A stretch of DNA of 64,000 nt from Betaproteobacteria bacterium (GCA_025350245.1 JANXYG010000125.1:90-64089); one strand, 5' to 3'; positions 10,388-22,891 are shown, numbered from the stretch's first letter. Made by a program: numbers and translations. Notes: generated by a model from the letters alone, not told the origin.

Positions 10388-10606
10388 TCAGGACTTGGCC
10401 TTGTCCTTGACTTCGGCGTCGATGGTCTGCCCGCCAGCGACCGCCTCGAGCTTGCCGGCCGCCGTTTCATCCGTCTTGATGCCGTCCTTGAAGCCTTTGA
10501 CTGCCCCGCCGAGGTCCTGCCCGATGTTCCGCAGTTTCTTGGTACCGAAGATCATGACCACCACCAGCAATACGATCAGCCAGTGCCAGATGCTGAAGCT
10601 ACCCAT
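10388..10606 (-). CDS. tatA: twin-arginine translocase subunit TatA
   Basis: The 72-aa product begins [29 protein letters not shown]. Confidence 0.9.
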   Translation of the reverse strand: MGSFSIWHWLIVLLVVVMIFGTKKLRNIGQDLGGAVKGFKDGIKTDETAAGKLEAVAGGQTIDAEVKDKAKS

Positions 10607-10638
10607 GTTTTGTTCTCCTGAAATGTTGCAAGAGCGCC

Positions 10639-10998
10639 CTACTCGGGGCGCGCGATCATGCCCGGCAACGGACTTTGCCCACCGAGCACGTGAACATGCA
10701 GATGATGAACGTCCTGCCTCCCGATGCGCCCGGTGTTGCAGATCACGCGAAAGCCGTCGACCGATCCTTCACGCGCCGCCAGCGAGCCCACGATGCCCAT
10801 GAGCCGCCCCATCAACTGCTCGTGCCGCGGCTCAAGACCCGCCATCGACGGGATGTGCAGCTTCGGGATCACCAGAAAGTGGACCGGCGCCAGCGGATTG
10901 ATGTCGTGAAACGCCAACAGGTCATCATCCTCGTGCACCTTCCGGCTCGGAATCTCTCCTGTGACAATGCGGCAGAATATGCAGTTCTCGGCATTCAT
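10639..10998 (-). CDS. HIT-family (HinT-like) nucleotide hydrolase
   Basis: It has the histidine-triad motif HVHVHVLGG and an N-terminal CIFCRI. The start is ATG 10998. Confidence 0.8.
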   Translation of the reverse strand: MNAENCIFCRIVTGEIPSRKVHEDDDLLAFHDINPLAPVHFLVIPKLHIPSMAGLEPRHEQLMGRLMGIVGSLAAREGSVDGFRVICNTGRIGRQDVHHLHVHVLGGQSPLPGMIARPE

Positions 10999-11021
10999 GT
11001 GAATCGATGACAACAGCTGCA

Positions 11022-11375
11022 CTACGGGCGGACGCCGACTCGGGAAGCCTTCTCGTCATGGCCGGAGAGCCCTTCGCGCCGGCTCAGTTCCGCGAGCACG
11101 TCCTCGGGACGCAGCCCGAGGTGAACCAGCATGACCACACAATGAAACCAGAGGTCGGCGGTTTCCCTCACCGTCTGGAGTTTATCACCACCCTTGGCGG
11201 CCAGAATGGTCTCGGTGGCTTCCTCGCCGATCTTCTTGAGGATCGCGTCGGCACCCCTGGCAAACAACATGGCCGTATACGAACTGGAAGGGTCTGCGGC
11301 CTTCCGCGCTTCGAGGGTATCGGCCAGCCGGGCGAGTATCGCCATGGCCTGTTCCGCGGGAGCGTCGGGAGCCAT
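11022..11375 (-). CDS. hisE: phosphoribosyl-ATP pyrophosphatase
   Basis: The 117-aa product has [11 protein letters not shown] and [10 protein letters not shown] regions and sits at the last position of the his operon. Confidence 0.85.
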   Translation of the reverse strand: MAPDAPAEQAMAILARLADTLEARKAADPSSSYTAMLFARGADAILKKIGEEATETILAAKGGDKLQTVRETADLWFHCVVMLVHLGLRPEDVLAELSRREGLSGHDEKASRVGVRP

Positions 11376-11377
11376 GC

Positions 11378-11764
11378 TCAGCGGGAATAAAGCAGTTCCG
11401 GATCAATCACGACCGGATCGGTCACATGCCATTCACCGTCTTCGAGACACCGGAAGAAGCAGCTTTCCCGCCCGGTATGGCAGGCAATGCCACCGCCCTG
11501 CTCGATCGAGAGCAGAACCACGTCGCCATCGCAATCGAGCCGGATCTCGCGCACCCGCTGCACGTTGCCCGATTCTTCGCCCTTGTGCCAAAGACGGCCG
11601 CGCGACCGCGACCAGTAATGTGCCTCGCCGGTTGCCACGGTACGCTCGAGGGCTTCGACGTTCATGAAGGCGAACATCAGCACCCGGCCGGAACCGGCAT
11701 CTTGCGCAATCGTCGCAACCAGCCCGTCGGCAGACCAGCGGATCGCATCGATCCAGCCACTCAC
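11378..11764 (-). CDS. hisI: phosphoribosyl-AMP cyclohydrolase
   Basis: The 128-aa product has [19 protein letters not shown] and DCDGD motifs. Confidence 0.9.
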   Translation of the reverse strand: MSGWIDAIRWSADGLVATIAQDAGSGRVLMFAFMNVEALERTVATGEAHYWSRSRGRLWHKGEESGNVQRVREIRLDCDGDVVLLSIEQGGGIACHTGRESCFFRCLEDGEWHVTDPVVIDPELLYSR

Positions 11765-12531
11765 AGCCGGACCTCGACGCGATGCTCGGCGAGATAGCGC
11801 TTGGCCTCTCCCACCGTGTGTTCTCCATAGTGGAAGATGCTCGCGGCGAGGACTGCGTCGGCCAGACCGAGGCGGACGCCGTCCACGAGGTGCTGCAGGT
11901 TACCGACGCCGCCGCTCGCGATCACGGGAATCTCGAGCGCGCTCGAATAGGCCCGCGTCAACTCCAGATCGAAACCTTCGCGGGTTCCGTCACGATCCAT
12001 GCTGGTCAGCAGGATTTCGCCCGCGCCCGCGGCCTGCATCCGCACGCCCCATTCGATCGCATCGAGTCCGGTCGCCTTGCGGCCGCCGTGCGTATGGACC
12101 TCCCATGCGGGAGGTGATGCGCCGGGAACGCGCTTGGCATCCACCGCCACCACGATGCACTGGGAACCGAAGTGCGCGGCGGCCTCCTCGACCAACGCGG
12201 GATTCTGGACGGCGGCGGTATTGATACTGACCTTGTCGGCGCCGGCATTGAGCAATCGCCGGATATCGGCCACCGACCGCACACCGCCACCCACCGTGAG
12301 CGGTATGAAGACCTGCGACGCAACCGCTTCGACGACCTGGATCATGGTCTCACGTCCATCCGAACTGGCCGTGATGTCGAGAAAGGTCAGCTCATCGGCA
12401 CCCTGGTCGTCGTAGCGACGCGCGATCTCGACCGGGTCGCCGGCATCGCGCAACCCGCCGAAGTTGATCCCCTTCACCACCCGCCCGTTGGTGACATCGA
12501 GGCAGGGAATGATGCGTGTGGCGAGGCCCAT
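11761..12531 (-). CDS. hisF: imidazole glycerol phosphate synthase cyclase subunit
   Basis: The 256-aa product has RIIPCLDV and [12 protein letters not shown] motifs. Confidence 0.95.
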   Translation of the reverse strand: MGLATRIIPCLDVTNGRVVKGINFGGLRDAGDPVEIARRYDDQGADELTFLDITASSDGRETMIQVVEAVASQVFIPLTVGGGVRSVADIRRLLNAGADKVSINTAAVQNPALVEEAAAHFGSQCIVVAVDAKRVPGASPPAWEVHTHGGRKATGLDAIEWGVRMQAAGAGEILLTSMDRDGTREGFDLELTRAYSSALEIPVIASGGVGNLQHLVDGVRLGLADAVLAASIFHYGEHTVGEAKRYLAEHRVEVRL

Positions 12532-12570
12532 GAAAGATGCCGGTGCCGCTGGCTCAGCGCCCGCCGGGCC

Positions 12571-12858
12571 GAACGAAGGTGTACTCGGAAGCGAAGGGGC
12601 CGCATCCGCAGGGTTCCCCGAGGATGCTGCGCCCCCTCAAGGGGGAAGGCGAAGCGCAGCGCAGCCTGGGGGTGGACGTCACCTCGGGCAACATCGGCCG
12701 GGTTCCCCGAGGCATGCAGCGCCCCCTCGAGGGGGAAGGCACAGCGCAGCGATGCTGAACGAAGGGAACCGCTGAAGCGAAGGGGCAGCGCCCACAGGAT
12801 CCCCCGCGGACGCTACGCCCCCTTGGGGGGAAGGCGCAGCACAGCGCAGCCTGGGGGG
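12571..12858. repeat. three tandem copies (one 5' and 3' truncated) of a ~100-nt G5/C5-rich intergenic repeat, inside the his operon
   Basis: Units lie at 12571-12672, 12700-12752 (partial) and 12757-12858. The core is GGTTCCCCGAGG..GCGCCCCCTNNAGGGGGAAGGCGNAGCGCAGCGCAGCCTGGGGG. The same unit recurs at 41857, 51714 (reverse) and 61011. Confidence 0.85.
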
Positions 12859-12872
12859 AGAGCAGTTTCATT

Positions 12873-13619
12873 TCAACCGGCGGGGCGGAGCTGGTCGGCG
12901 AGTTGCTGGGCGGCACGGAGGTCGAGAGTGCCCTCGTACAGGGCACGACCGGAGATGGCGCCGGTAACGCCTTCGGGTTCGATTTCGCACAGACGCCGCA
13001 CATCGTCCAGATTGGTGACACCACCGCTGGCGATCACCGGCACCGACAGCACTTTCGCGAGTGCGAGAGTAGCGTCGATATTGACCCCGGAGAGCATGCC
13101 ATCGCGCCCGATGTCGGTATGGATGATCGCCTCGACCCCGTAGTCCTGGAACTTGAGCGCAAGATCGAGGACATCGTGGCCGGTCATCTTGGACCACCCG
13201 TCGACGGCAACCTTGCCGTCACGCGCGTCGAGGCCGACCATGATGTGACCGGGAAAGGCATAGCAGGCATCGTGCAGGAATCCGGGGGTGGTGACCGCCG
13301 CGGTACCGATGATCACGTAGGAGATGCCGTCGTCCAGGTAGCGTTCGATGGTGCCGAGATCGCGGATGCCGCCACCGAGCTGCACCGGAATCCGCTCGCC
13401 CAGGGCACGGATGATGGCCTTGACTGCCGGTTCATTGCGGGGTCTTCCGGCAAACGCCCCGTTCAGGTCGACCAGATGCAGACGTCGCGCGCCCTGTTCC
13501 AGCCAGTGCGCAGCCATCGCGCCGGGGTCTTCCGAAAACACGGTCGCCTGATCCATGGCGCCTTGCTTGAGACGGACGCAGTGGCCGTCTTTGAGGTCGA
13601 TCGCGGGAATGATGAGCAT
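12873..13619 (-). CDS. hisA: ProFAR isomerase
   Basis: The 248-aa product begins [17 protein letters not shown]. Confidence 0.95.
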   Translation of the reverse strand: MLIIPAIDLKDGHCVRLKQGAMDQATVFSEDPGAMAAHWLEQGARRLHLVDLNGAFAGRPRNEPAVKAIIRALGERIPVQLGGGIRDLGTIERYLDDGISYVIIGTAAVTTPGFLHDACYAFPGHIMVGLDARDGKVAVDGWSKMTGHDVLDLALKFQDYGVEAIIHTDIGRDGMLSGVNIDATLALAKVLSVPVIASGGVTNLDDVRRLCEIEPEGVTGAISGRALYEGTLDLRAAQQLADQLRPAG

Positions 13620-13686
13620 GTTGGCAGCGACGGCCCGGCATACGCTGTGGCGCCACCGGGCGGAAGATAGGCAGAATCCAGAATCG

Positions 13687-14379
13687 TTACTTGCTGGGCA
13701 TTGCGTTCAAGCCGGTGACAACCGCCTCGTCCGGTGCGGCGAACTGAGCGTTCCAGTTCACGAAATTAGCCAGCAGCCCAAGTCCGGCTGCGTGACTCTT
13801 CTCCGGGTGAAACTGTACCGCGAACAGACCGGCCTTGGCCACTGCGCTGGTGAAGTCGAACGGATAGGCCGTGCTCCCGGCGGTGATGGTGGCATCGGCA
13901 GGTTCCACGTAATAGCTGTGCACGAAGTAGAAACGCGACTCCGACGGGATGCCGCGCCAGAGCGGATGTGCCAGGACCTGCCGCACGCGGTTCCAGCCCA
14001 TGTGAGGCACCTTCAGCTTGCGCCCGTCGGCATCGCGCAGACCCGTGGCCGGAAACCGGCGCACCCGCCCGGCGAGGATGCCCAGGCCCGGGGTATCGCC
14101 TTCCTCGCTGCGCTCGAACAGCATCTGCAGGCCGATACAGATGCCCAGGAACGGCTTGGCGCACGCAGCCTCGATCACTGCGCCGCGCAAGCCACGCGCA
14201 TCGAGTTCACGCATGCAGTCGGGCATCGCGCCCTGACCTGGAAACACGACGCGATCGGCCGCGGCCACGCGCGCCGGATCGCTGGTGACCTCGACCTGGG
14301 CACCCGGCGCCACGTGCTCGATCGCCTTGGCGACCGATCGCAGATTGCCCATCCCGTAATCGACTACCGCAATGTGCAT
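13687..14379 (-). CDS. hisH: imidazole glycerol phosphate synthase glutaminase subunit
   Basis: It has the class I amidotransferase motif [14 protein letters not shown] and the catalytic Cys region GICIGLQ. ATG 14379 is preferred over TTG 14385. Confidence 0.9.
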   Translation of the reverse strand: MHIAVVDYGMGNLRSVAKAIEHVAPGAQVEVTSDPARVAAADRVVFPGQGAMPDCMRELDARGLRGAVIEAACAKPFLGICIGLQMLFERSEEGDTPGLGILAGRVRRFPATGLRDADGRKLKVPHMGWNRVRQVLAHPLWRGIPSESRFYFVHSYYVEPADATITAGSTAYPFDFTSAVAKAGLFAVQFHPEKSHAAGLGLLANFVNWNAQFAAPDEAVVTGLNAMPSK

Positions 14380-14392
14380 CGGCAAGGTCCGG

Positions 14393-15007
14393 TCAGAGCA
14401 CGCCTTTGGTGGACGGCGTCACACCCTGCGCACGCGGGTCAAACTCGACAGCCATGCGCAAGGCTCGCCCGAACGCCTTGAACGCCGTCTCGGCCTGGTG
14501 GTGGGCGTTCTGCCCCTTCAGGCAATCGATGTGCAGCGTTACCAGGGCGTGATTCACGAAGCCCTGAAAGAATTCGTGCACCAGTTCGGTCTCCAGCCCG
14601 CCGATCATGGCGCGGGTGAAGGCGATGTCGAGCTCGAGGCCAGGACGCCCCGACAGGTCGATGACGACGCGCGCCAGCGCCTCGTCGAGCGGCACGTAGG
14701 CATGCCCGTAGCGCCGGATACCCTTGCGGTCGCCGATGGCGCGCAGAAATGCCTGGCCGAGCGTGATGCCGACATCTTCCACCGTGTGATGACCGTCGAT
14801 GTGCAGGTCGCCGGACGCCTCGATCTCGAGGTCGAACAAGCCGTGGCGGGCAATCTGGTCGAGCATGTGATCGAAGAATCCGATCCCGGTTGCCAACCTG
14901 GAGACGCCGGTCCCGTCGAGATCCAGGCGAACGCGGATCTGTGTCTCCAGGGTCGTACGGCTCGCCTCGCCGATCCGGTTCGTGCCTGGCACCACGTTGT
15001 CGTTCAT
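14393..15007 (-). CDS. hisB: imidazoleglycerol-phosphate dehydratase
   Basis: It has the metal-binding motifs [15 protein letters not shown] and [12 protein letters not shown]. Confidence 0.9.
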   Translation of the reverse strand: MNDNVVPGTNRIGEASRTTLETQIRVRLDLDGTGVSRLATGIGFFDHMLDQIARHGLFDLEIEASGDLHIDGHHTVEDVGITLGQAFLRAIGDRKGIRRYGHAYVPLDEALARVVIDLSGRPGLELDIAFTRAMIGGLETELVHEFFQGFVNHALVTLHIDCLKGQNAHHQAETAFKAFGRALRMAVEFDPRAQGVTPSTKGVL

Positions 15008-15025
15008 CGTATCGAGAAGTTCAGG

Positions 15026-16147
15026 CTAGGAGGCGACGATGGTTTCGAGTGCGCCGAGAAACTGCTGGTTCTCCGCCGGCGTACCCACAGTCACCCGCAG
15101 GCAGTCGGCAAGCAGCGGATGGCCAGCGGAGAGGTCCTTGATGAGTATCCGCCGGGCCTTCAGCGCGTCGTACACCCGCGTTGCCCCGGGGATGCGGAAC
15201 AGCAGGAAGTTGGCAGCACTCGGAAACACCGTCACCCCGGGAACCGCAGACAAGGCACCTGCCAGCGCGTCGCGCGCCTGCAGGATGGCTCGGGCCTGGC
15301 CCTTGAGCACGTCGGCATGGGCCAGCACCACTTCCGCCGCGAGCTGGGTAAGCACGTTGATGTTGTAGGGCATCCGCACCTTGTCGAGCTGGTCGAGCCA
15401 CTGCGCCCGGCCCATCAGGAAACCGAGCCGGAGCCCGGCCAGACCCAGTTTCGACAGCGTGCGCATCACGACGAGATTCGGCAGGCGTTCCAGGTCACCG
15501 ATGAAGCTCTCGCCCGCGAAGACGTGATAGGCCTCATCCAGCACGACGAGCCCCGGAGCGGCAGCGACGATGCGCTCGATCACCGACCGGTCGAACAGGT
15601 TGCCGGTCGGGTTGTTCGGGTAGGCGATGAACATCAACGCCGGCTGATGTTCACGGATCGCCGCCATCAGGGCGGCCTCGTCGAGAGAAAAATCCGGTTC
15701 GAGCGGGACGCCGACGAATGTGGCGCCAGCGAACATGGCAAGCAACCGGAACATCACGAACGATGGCTCGACCCCGACAATGACGCTGCCGGGCCGCGCG
15801 ACCGCCAGCGCCAGCAACTGGATGATCTCGTCGGAACCATTGCCGAGGAGCAGGCCGATGCCGGCGGGCACCTGCATGGTCGCGCGCAGTTGCCGCTTCA
15901 GGCCCGGGGCCGTCGGATCCGGGTAGCGGTTGACCGGGGCCATCGCGACGGCCCTGGCGATCTCATCGCGCACCACCTGAGGCAGCGAATAGGGATTCTC
16001 CATCGCATCCAGCTTCACCATGCCGGTGGCGTCGGCCACGGCGTAAGCCGACAGCGCCAGCACTTCAGGCCGCAGCACGGTCTCGGGCGCCGGCGCGCGG
16101 ATTGGAGTGAGATCGTGCACTTGGGCGGGCTTCATGGCCAACGGCAT
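15026..16147 (-). CDS. hisC: histidinol-phosphate aminotransferase
   Basis: This is a 373-aa class II aminotransferase with the PLP-Lys region MRTLSKLGLAGLRLGF. Confidence 0.9.
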   Translation of the reverse strand: MPLAMKPAQVHDLTPIRAPAPETVLRPEVLALSAYAVADATGMVKLDAMENPYSLPQVVRDEIARAVAMAPVNRYPDPTAPGLKRQLRATMQVPAGIGLLLGNGSDEIIQLLALAVARPGSVIVGVEPSFVMFRLLAMFAGATFVGVPLEPDFSLDEAALMAAIREHQPALMFIAYPNNPTGNLFDRSVIERIVAAAPGLVVLDEAYHVFAGESFIGDLERLPNLVVMRTLSKLGLAGLRLGFLMGRAQWLDQLDKVRMPYNINVLTQLAAEVVLAHADVLKGQARAILQARDALAGALSAVPGVTVFPSAANFLLFRIPGATRVYDALKARRILIKDLSAGHPLLADCLRVTVGTPAENQQFLGALETIVAS

Positions 16148-17446
16148 TCAGGCGTGGATGCGATAGCGCGCGGCAGCGGCATGGGCGGGAAGGCCTTCAC
16201 CGTCGGCGAGTTCGCCGGCGATGCGGCCGAGCGTGGCGGCGCCCGCCCTGGACGTCTGGATCAGGCTCGACCGCTTCTGGAAATCGTACACCCCGAGCGG
16301 TGACGAGAAACGCGCGGTGCGCGCGGTGGGCAGTACGTGATTCGGACCGGCGCAATAATCGCCCAGGGCCTCGGAAGCGTAGCGCCCCATGAAAATGGCG
16401 CCGGCATGGCGCAGCTGGCCCAACAATGCCTGCGGGTCGGCGACCGACAGCTCGAGATGCTCGGGGGCGATGCGATTGGCGATGGCGCAGGCCTCGGCGA
16501 GATCGCGCACCAGCACCAGCGCGCCACGATCCTCGATCGAGCGCTCGATCACCGCGCGTCGCGGCATGTCATGCAGGAGCCGCTGCATGCTGGCGACGAC
16601 GGCATCGATAAATGCGGCGTCCGGGCACAACAGGATCGCCTGCGCCATCTCGTCGTGTTCGGCTTGCGAGAACAGGTCCATCGCGACCCAGTCGGGCGGC
16701 GTCTGGCCGTCGCACAGCACCAGGATCTCGGACGGACCGGCGACCATGTCGATGCCGACGACGCCGAATACCCTGCGCTTGGCGGCGGCGACGTACGCAT
16801 TGCCCGGGCCGACGATCTTGTCCACCGCCGGGATCGTGGCCGTGCCGTAGGCGAGCGCACCGACTGCCTGGGCGCCGCCAACCGCGAATATACGGTCCAC
16901 CCCGGCCACCGCCGCCGCCGCGAGGACCAGCGGATTGCGCTCGCCACCCGGGGTGGGCACGACCATGACGATCTCGCCGACGCCGGCAACCTTTGCCGGC
17001 AGGGTGTTCATCAGCACGGTGGAGGGATACGCCGCCTTGCCCCCGGGAACGTAGACGCCGACCCGGTCGAGCGCGGTGACCTGCTGGCCGAGCGTCGTGC
17101 CGTCGGCCTCGGTGTACTGCCACGATGTGATCGACTGATGCTCGTGATACCGGCGGATGCGCTGGGCAGCCTGCTCCAGCGCGTCGCGACGAGTTGGCGA
17201 CAACGCGGACAAGGCCCGGTGACAAGCGTCGAGGGTGATCTCGAGATCCGCCACGGTGCCGACATCGACATGGTCGAAGCGGCGCGAGTAGTCGAGCACG
17301 GCGGGATCACCGCGTTGGCGCACGTCGTCGAGAATCTCGCGGACCGTGGCATCGATCGAGGCGTCCTGCGTATTCTCGAAGGCGAGCAGGCTGCCGAGCC
17401 TGCGCTCGAAGTCGGGCTGCCGCGAATCGAGGCGGGTGACCTTCAT
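16148..17446 (-). CDS. hisD: histidinol dehydrogenase
   Basis: The product is 432 aa from ATG 17446 (MKVTRLDS), with FSQAEHDE and GPNHVLPT motifs. An ATGA overlaps the hisG stop. The 557-aa ORF in the track is an artefactual extension. Confidence 0.9.
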   Translation of the reverse strand: MKVTRLDSRQPDFERRLGSLLAFENTQDASIDATVREILDDVRQRGDPAVLDYSRRFDHVDVGTVADLEITLDACHRALSALSPTRRDALEQAAQRIRRYHEHQSITSWQYTEADGTTLGQQVTALDRVGVYVPGGKAAYPSTVLMNTLPAKVAGVGEIVMVVPTPGGERNPLVLAAAAVAGVDRIFAVGGAQAVGALAYGTATIPAVDKIVGPGNAYVAAAKRRVFGVVGIDMVAGPSEILVLCDGQTPPDWVAMDLFSQAEHDEMAQAILLCPDAAFIDAVVASMQRLLHDMPRRAVIERSIEDRGALVLVRDLAEACAIANRIAPEHLELSVADPQALLGQLRHAGAIFMGRYASEALGDYCAGPNHVLPTARTARFSSPLGVYDFQKRSSLIQTSRAGAATLGRIAGELADGEGLPAHAAAARYRIHA

Positions 17447-18102
17447 CGACGTGCATGCCCCTGCTCTGCCGCGACCGCGAATGCATCGATGACCGGCTGC
17501 AGCGCGCGGCGCTTGAGCTTGAGCGCCGCCTGATTCACCACCAGCCGCGCCGAGATGGGTGCAATCTCCTCGACCGCGACCAGCTGGTTGGCACGCAGGG
17601 TGTTGCCGCTGGAAACCACGTCGACGATCGCGTCCGCCAGGCCCACCAATGGCGCCAGCTCCATCGATCCGTAAAGCTTGATCAGGTCGATATGCACGCC
17701 CTTGGCCGCGAAATGCTCGCGCGCCGTCTTGAGGTACTTGGTTGCGACGCGAAGGCGCGCGCCCTGCCGGACCGCCAGCGCGTAGTCGAAGTCCGCGCGC
17801 ACCGCGACCATCATGCGGCATCTGGCGATCTGCAGGTCGAGCGGCTGGTACAGCCCGGCGCCGCCATGCTCGAGCAGGATATCCTTGCCGGCGATGCCCA
17901 GGTCGGCCGCGCCATACTGGACGTAGGTCGGCACATCCGAAGCTCGCACGATCACGATGCGGACGTCAGCCCGGTTGGTGGCGAGGATGAGCTTGCGCGA
18001 GGTCTCCGGGTCGTCGGTGGCGACGATACCCGCGGCCGCGAGCAGCGGTACCGTTTCCTCGAAGATTCGCCCCTTGGAGAGCGCGATGGTGATGCCGCTC
18101 AT
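17443..18102 (-). CDS. hisG: ATP phosphoribosyltransferase, short form
   Basis: The product is 219 aa from ATG 18102 ([16 protein letters not shown]). The length implies the HisZ-dependent short form, and no hisZ is in the window. Confidence 0.85.
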   Translation of the reverse strand: MSGITIALSKGRIFEETVPLLAAAGIVATDDPETSRKLILATNRADVRIVIVRASDVPTYVQYGAADLGIAGKDILLEHGGAGLYQPLDLQIARCRMMVAVRADFDYALAVRQGARLRVATKYLKTAREHFAAKGVHIDLIKLYGSMELAPLVGLADAIVDVVSSGNTLRANQLVAVEEIAPISARLVVNQAALKLKRRALQPVIDAFAVAAEQGHARR

Positions 18103-18106
18103 GAGG

Positions 18107-19640
<1,534 letters not shown>

Positions 19641-19689
19641 GTATTCCTGGGGTGGCGGTACCGGGCGACCGCCAGCAAGCTGGCGCCGG

Positions 19690-20445
19690 TCAGTGGCGGA
19701 GCTTGTAACCGCTCCGGATCATTTGCAGAGCCACCAATGATAAGGCAGCGAAGCAGGCGACCACAACGCCGAGACTCACGACCGGCGCTACATCCGACTC
19801 GCCGAAGAAGCCGAAGCGGAACCCGTCGATCATGTAGAAGAACGGGTTCAGGTGCGATACCGCCTGCCAGAACGGCGGCAACGAATGGATCGAATAGAAC
19901 ACCCCCGACAGGAACGTCAGGGGCACGATGACAAAATTCTGGAAACCGGCGAGCTGGTCGAATTTCTCCGCCCAGATACCGGCGATCAACCCCATGGAGC
20001 CCAGGATGGCGCCGCCGAACAGCGCGAATGCGAGCGCCCACAAAGGATGCAGCACCGGCAGGGCAACGGTCACGAAATTGATGCAGTACACCCCGAACCC
20101 GACCGCCAGACCTCGCACCACGGCCGCCACCACGTACGCCCAGTAGAACTCCCCGTGCGACAAGGGCGGCAGCAGGATGAAGATGATGTTGCCGGTGATC
20201 TTCGACTGGATGAGGCTCGACGACGAGTTGGCGAAGGCGTTCTGCAACAGGGACATCATCGCCAGGCCGGGAATCAGGAACGCCGTGTAAGGCACACCCG
20301 GATAGACCTGCACCCGGTCCTCCAGCACGTGCGAGAACACCAGCAGGTAGAGCAGCGCCGTCAGGATCGGCGCCCCGATGGTCTGGAACGCCACTTTCCA
20401 GAAACGCAGCAGTTCCTTGTACAGCAGCGTGCGGAAGCCGGTCAT
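19690..20445 (-). CDS. ABC-2 type transporter permease
   Basis: This 251-aa six-TM protein is translationally coupled to the upstream ATPase. Confidence 0.8.
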   Translation of the reverse strand: MTGFRTLLYKELLRFWKVAFQTIGAPILTALLYLLVFSHVLEDRVQVYPGVPYTAFLIPGLAMMSLLQNAFANSSSSLIQSKITGNIIFILLPPLSHGEFYWAYVVAAVVRGLAVGFGVYCINFVTVALPVLHPLWALAFALFGGAILGSMGLIAGIWAEKFDQLAGFQNFVIVPLTFLSGVFYSIHSLPPFWQAVSHLNPFFYMIDGFRFGFFGESDVAPVVSLGVVVACFAALSLVALQMIRSGYKLRH

Positions 20446-21341
20446 CCGCCACCTACGATGCTGACGAACGCCTCTTCGAGATCCGGCTGCTGCAATTGCA
20501 GTTCGACCACTTCGATACCGTCATCGCGCAACGCCAGCAATACCTCGGTGATCTGGGCATGGCGATGGATCGCCAGGACCCACTCGGCGCCGTCCTGCCG
20601 GACCAGCATCGGCAGCAGCGCGTGGGGAAGGCGATCCGGCGACAGGCGCAGGCGCAAGTGCGTGCCCGACACGCCCGCGAGCAGGTTGCGCGTGGTATCG
20701 AGCGCCACGACGCGGCCCTGCTTGAGCATGGCCACCCGGTTGCACAACGTTTCCGCTTCCTGAAGATAGTGGGTTGTCAGCACGATGGTGTGACCGTCGC
20801 GGTTGAGCCGGCGGACGAAATCCCACAGCCCCTGCCGCAATTCCACGTCCACACCGGCGGTCGGCTCATCGAGAATGATGACCGGCGGCCGGTGCACCAG
20901 CGCCTGCGCCACCAGCACCCGGCGCTTCATACCGCCCGAAAGCGAGCGCATGTTGGTGTCGGCTTTTGCGCCCAGATCGAGATTGTCGATGATCTCGTCG
21001 ATCCAGGCATCGTTGCGGCGCAGGCCGAAGTAGCCCGACTGGATACGCAGCGTCTCGCGTACGGTGAAAAACGGGTCGAACACCAGCTCCTGCGGCACGA
21101 CCCCGAGGGAACGGCGCGCTTCGCGATAATCGACGGTCACGTCGTACCCCATGACCCGCGCCTCGCCGTCATCCGCCCGCGACAGACCGGCCAGAATGCT
21201 GATGAGAGTGGTCTTGCCGGCACCGTTCGGGCCGAGCAAGGCGAAGAATTCGCCTTCGGCGATCGCCAGGTCGACCCGATCGAGGGCTTGCAGGGTACCG
21301 AAGCGCTTGGTCACGCCGCGCACTTCGATCGCGAGTTTCAT
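20442..21341 (-). CDS. ABC transporter ATP-binding protein
   Basis: It has Walker [10 protein letters not shown], signature LSGGMKRR and Walker B ILDEPT. The start is trimmed to ATG 21341 (MKLAIEVRG). Confidence 0.9.
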   Translation of the reverse strand: MKLAIEVRGVTKRFGTLQALDRVDLAIAEGEFFALLGPNGAGKTTLISILAGLSRADDGEARVMGYDVTVDYREARRSLGVVPQELVFDPFFTVRETLRIQSGYFGLRRNDAWIDEIIDNLDLGAKADTNMRSLSGGMKRRVLVAQALVHRPPVIILDEPTAGVDVELRQGLWDFVRRLNRDGHTIVLTTHYLQEAETLCNRVAMLKQGRVVALDTTRNLLAGVSGTHLRLRLSPDRLPHALLPMLVRQDGAEWVLAIHRHAQITEVLLALRDDGIEVVELQLQQPDLEEAFVSIVGGG

Positions 21342-21622
21342 GCCGGAAACCGGAGCATCTCCGTCACCCCGTAGAGACGCGCAAGCTTGAGCAGGGGCGC
21401 GACCGGGGCCGTGAAACGCAACTCCCGGCCGGCGCTGCGCGCTGCGCGAATCCACGCGAGCAGCAGCGCGATGGCGGAAGAATCGACCGCCTCGACGCCG
21501 CTCAGGTCGATCACGACCGCCGCCACGTCGAACAACGCGATGCCGGCCGGCAGCAGTGCCTCGACGGTATCGAAGCTGACCTCCCCCTCGAGACGCAGGT
21601 GTTCGCCAGCCCTGCGAATCAT
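21338..21622 (-). CDS. mlaB: STAS-domain protein, MlaB position
   Basis: This 94-aa STAS-like protein directly follows mlaC and has an ATGA overlap downstream. Confidence 0.7.
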   Translation of the reverse strand: MIRRAGEHLRLEGEVSFDTVEALLPAGIALFDVAAVVIDLSGVEAVDSSAIALLLAWIRAARSAGRELRFTAPVAPLLKLARLYGVTEMLRFPA

Positions 21623-22266
21623 TTGCGAGCCTGGCCCACCGGCTTGCTGTTGCGCGCCTGCAGACTGCGAATCAAGGCGTCGAGTCCGCCTTGCTGGATC
21701 TGCGCGCCGAAGTCGTTGCGATAGGTCGTGACCAGGCTCACGCCATCGACCGCGATGTTGTAGACCTTCCAGCCCTCGGGCGACGCGCCCATCGAGTAGT
21801 CGACGCCGACCGGCGGCGCGCCGCCCGGCAGCAGGATCTGCGATTTCACGGTCACGTCGTCTTCGCCGCCCGCCAGTTTGAGCGGCTTCACGTCGACCTT
21901 GATCTGGCGGTAGGCCGTGTAGGCGGTTGCGTAGGATCGAACCAGCAGCGTCTGGAACTCATGCACCAGGGCTTTCTGTTGTTCCGGGGTGGCCTCGCGC
22001 CAACTGCGACCGACCGCGAGCTTGGTCATGCGCGCGAAGTCGAAGTGCGGAACGATCTTTTCTTCGATCAGGCCGACGACGCGAGCCGGGTTGCCGGCCT
22101 TGAGGTCCTTGTCCTCCTGGAGCAACCGCATCACGTCGTCGGTGGTGGTGCGCACCAGCACATCGGGCGCGGGATTGTCGGCGATCGCCGCCAGCGGCAG
22201 GCACAAAGCCAGAAAGAGCAGGGCCCGCGCGCGGCAGGAGTCGAGACGTTTCATCGGATTCGGCAT
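21619..22266 (-). CDS. mlaC: phospholipid-binding periplasmic protein MlaC (Ttg2D family)
   Basis: It has a signal peptide (ALLFLALCLPLAAIA), a length of 215 aa, and sits in mla operon context. Confidence 0.8.
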   Translation of the reverse strand: MPNPMKRLDSCRARALLFLALCLPLAAIADNPAPDVLVRTTTDDVMRLLQEDKDLKAGNPARVVGLIEEKIVPHFDFARMTKLAVGRSWREATPEQQKALVHEFQTLLVRSYATAYTAYRQIKVDVKPLKLAGGEDDVTVKSQILLPGGAPPVGVDYSMGASPEGWKVYNIAVDGVSLVTTYRNDFGAQIQQGGLDALIRSLQARNSKPVGQARK

Positions 22267-22399
22267 TGGGCGACCTTTCGGAACGGGGAGGATTGCTGCC
22301 TCAAGGGGCGATCGAAGAGTGGTGAGCAGACAATACCAAGTGGTGGGATCGGGGGGCGCAGCGAACGGCGCGAGCTTGTCCTGGCGAGTACCCTCATCG

Positions 22400-22888
22400 T
22401 CACTTCCCGGCCGGCGCCTTCTCGGCGGTGGGCCCCTCGGAGGCCTTGCCGTACAGGAAGCGTCCGATCATGCGCTCCAGCACCATCGCCGATTGCGTCA
22501 TGGTCAGGCGATCGCCCTCCTTGAGCAGCTTGTCGTCGCCGCCACCGTCCAGCCCGACGTACTGCTCGCCGAGCAGACCCGAAGTGAGAATCGACGCCGT
22601 CGTATCGACCGGAAACTCGAATTGCCGGTCGAGCCGCAACGTGACGCGTGCCACGAACTTCTTGTTGTCGAACGCGATCGCGTCGACGCGGCCAACGACG
22701 ACGCCGGCACTTTTGACCGGTGCCCGCGGCTTGAGACCGCCGATGTTCTCGAACTCGGCCGTGACCCGATAGCCGTCGCTCGCACTCACGGTGGTCGCGT
22801 TGCCGACCTTCAGCGCCAGCACCAGCAAGGCGACCAGGCCACTCGTCACGAAGATGCCGACCCACAGGTCGGCGGTGGTTCTCTTCAT
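22400..22888 (-). CDS. mlaD: MCE-domain protein MlaD
   Basis: It has an N-terminal TM (LWVGIFVTSGLVALLVLAL) followed by an MCE domain. Confidence 0.85.
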   Translation of the reverse strand: MKRTTADLWVGIFVTSGLVALLVLALKVGNATTVSASDGYRVTAEFENIGGLKPRAPVKSAGVVVGRVDAIAFDNKKFVARVTLRLDRQFEFPVDTTASILTSGLLGEQYVGLDGGGDDKLLKEGDRLTMTQSAMVLERMIGRFLYGKASEGPTAEKAPAGK

Positions 22889-22891
22889 CTG

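Noticed and set aside
12537-12775. Small ORFs inside the hisF-hisA spacer encode [13 protein letters not shown]-like peptides.
   Set aside because: They are simply translations of the tandem repeat units. The same peptide strings appear wherever the repeat occurs, including as false N-terminal extensions at 41845-41937 and 61001-61177.
12571-12858. The tandem repeats could be a CRISPR array.
   Set aside because: The units are ~100 nt, directly abutting or irregularly truncated. There are no uniform short repeats, no unique spacers of constant length and no cas genes. Copies are dispersed at other loci.
14372-16303. A 643-aa plus-strand ORF covers hisB, hisC and part of hisD on the opposite strand.
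   Set aside because: It is antisense to three well-supported his genes and its translation is Arg/Gly/His/Asp-rich low complexity with no motif. This is the typical stop-codon-poor shadow frame of high-GC DNA.
22267-22399. A 133-nt gap between mlaD and mlaC could hide a lost mlaA/vacJ gene or a degenerate repeat copy.
   Set aside because: No ORF or lipoprotein signal is present. Similarity to the repeat (GCCTCAAGGGGCGATCGAAG) is weak. mlaA is unlinked in many genomes, including E. coli.
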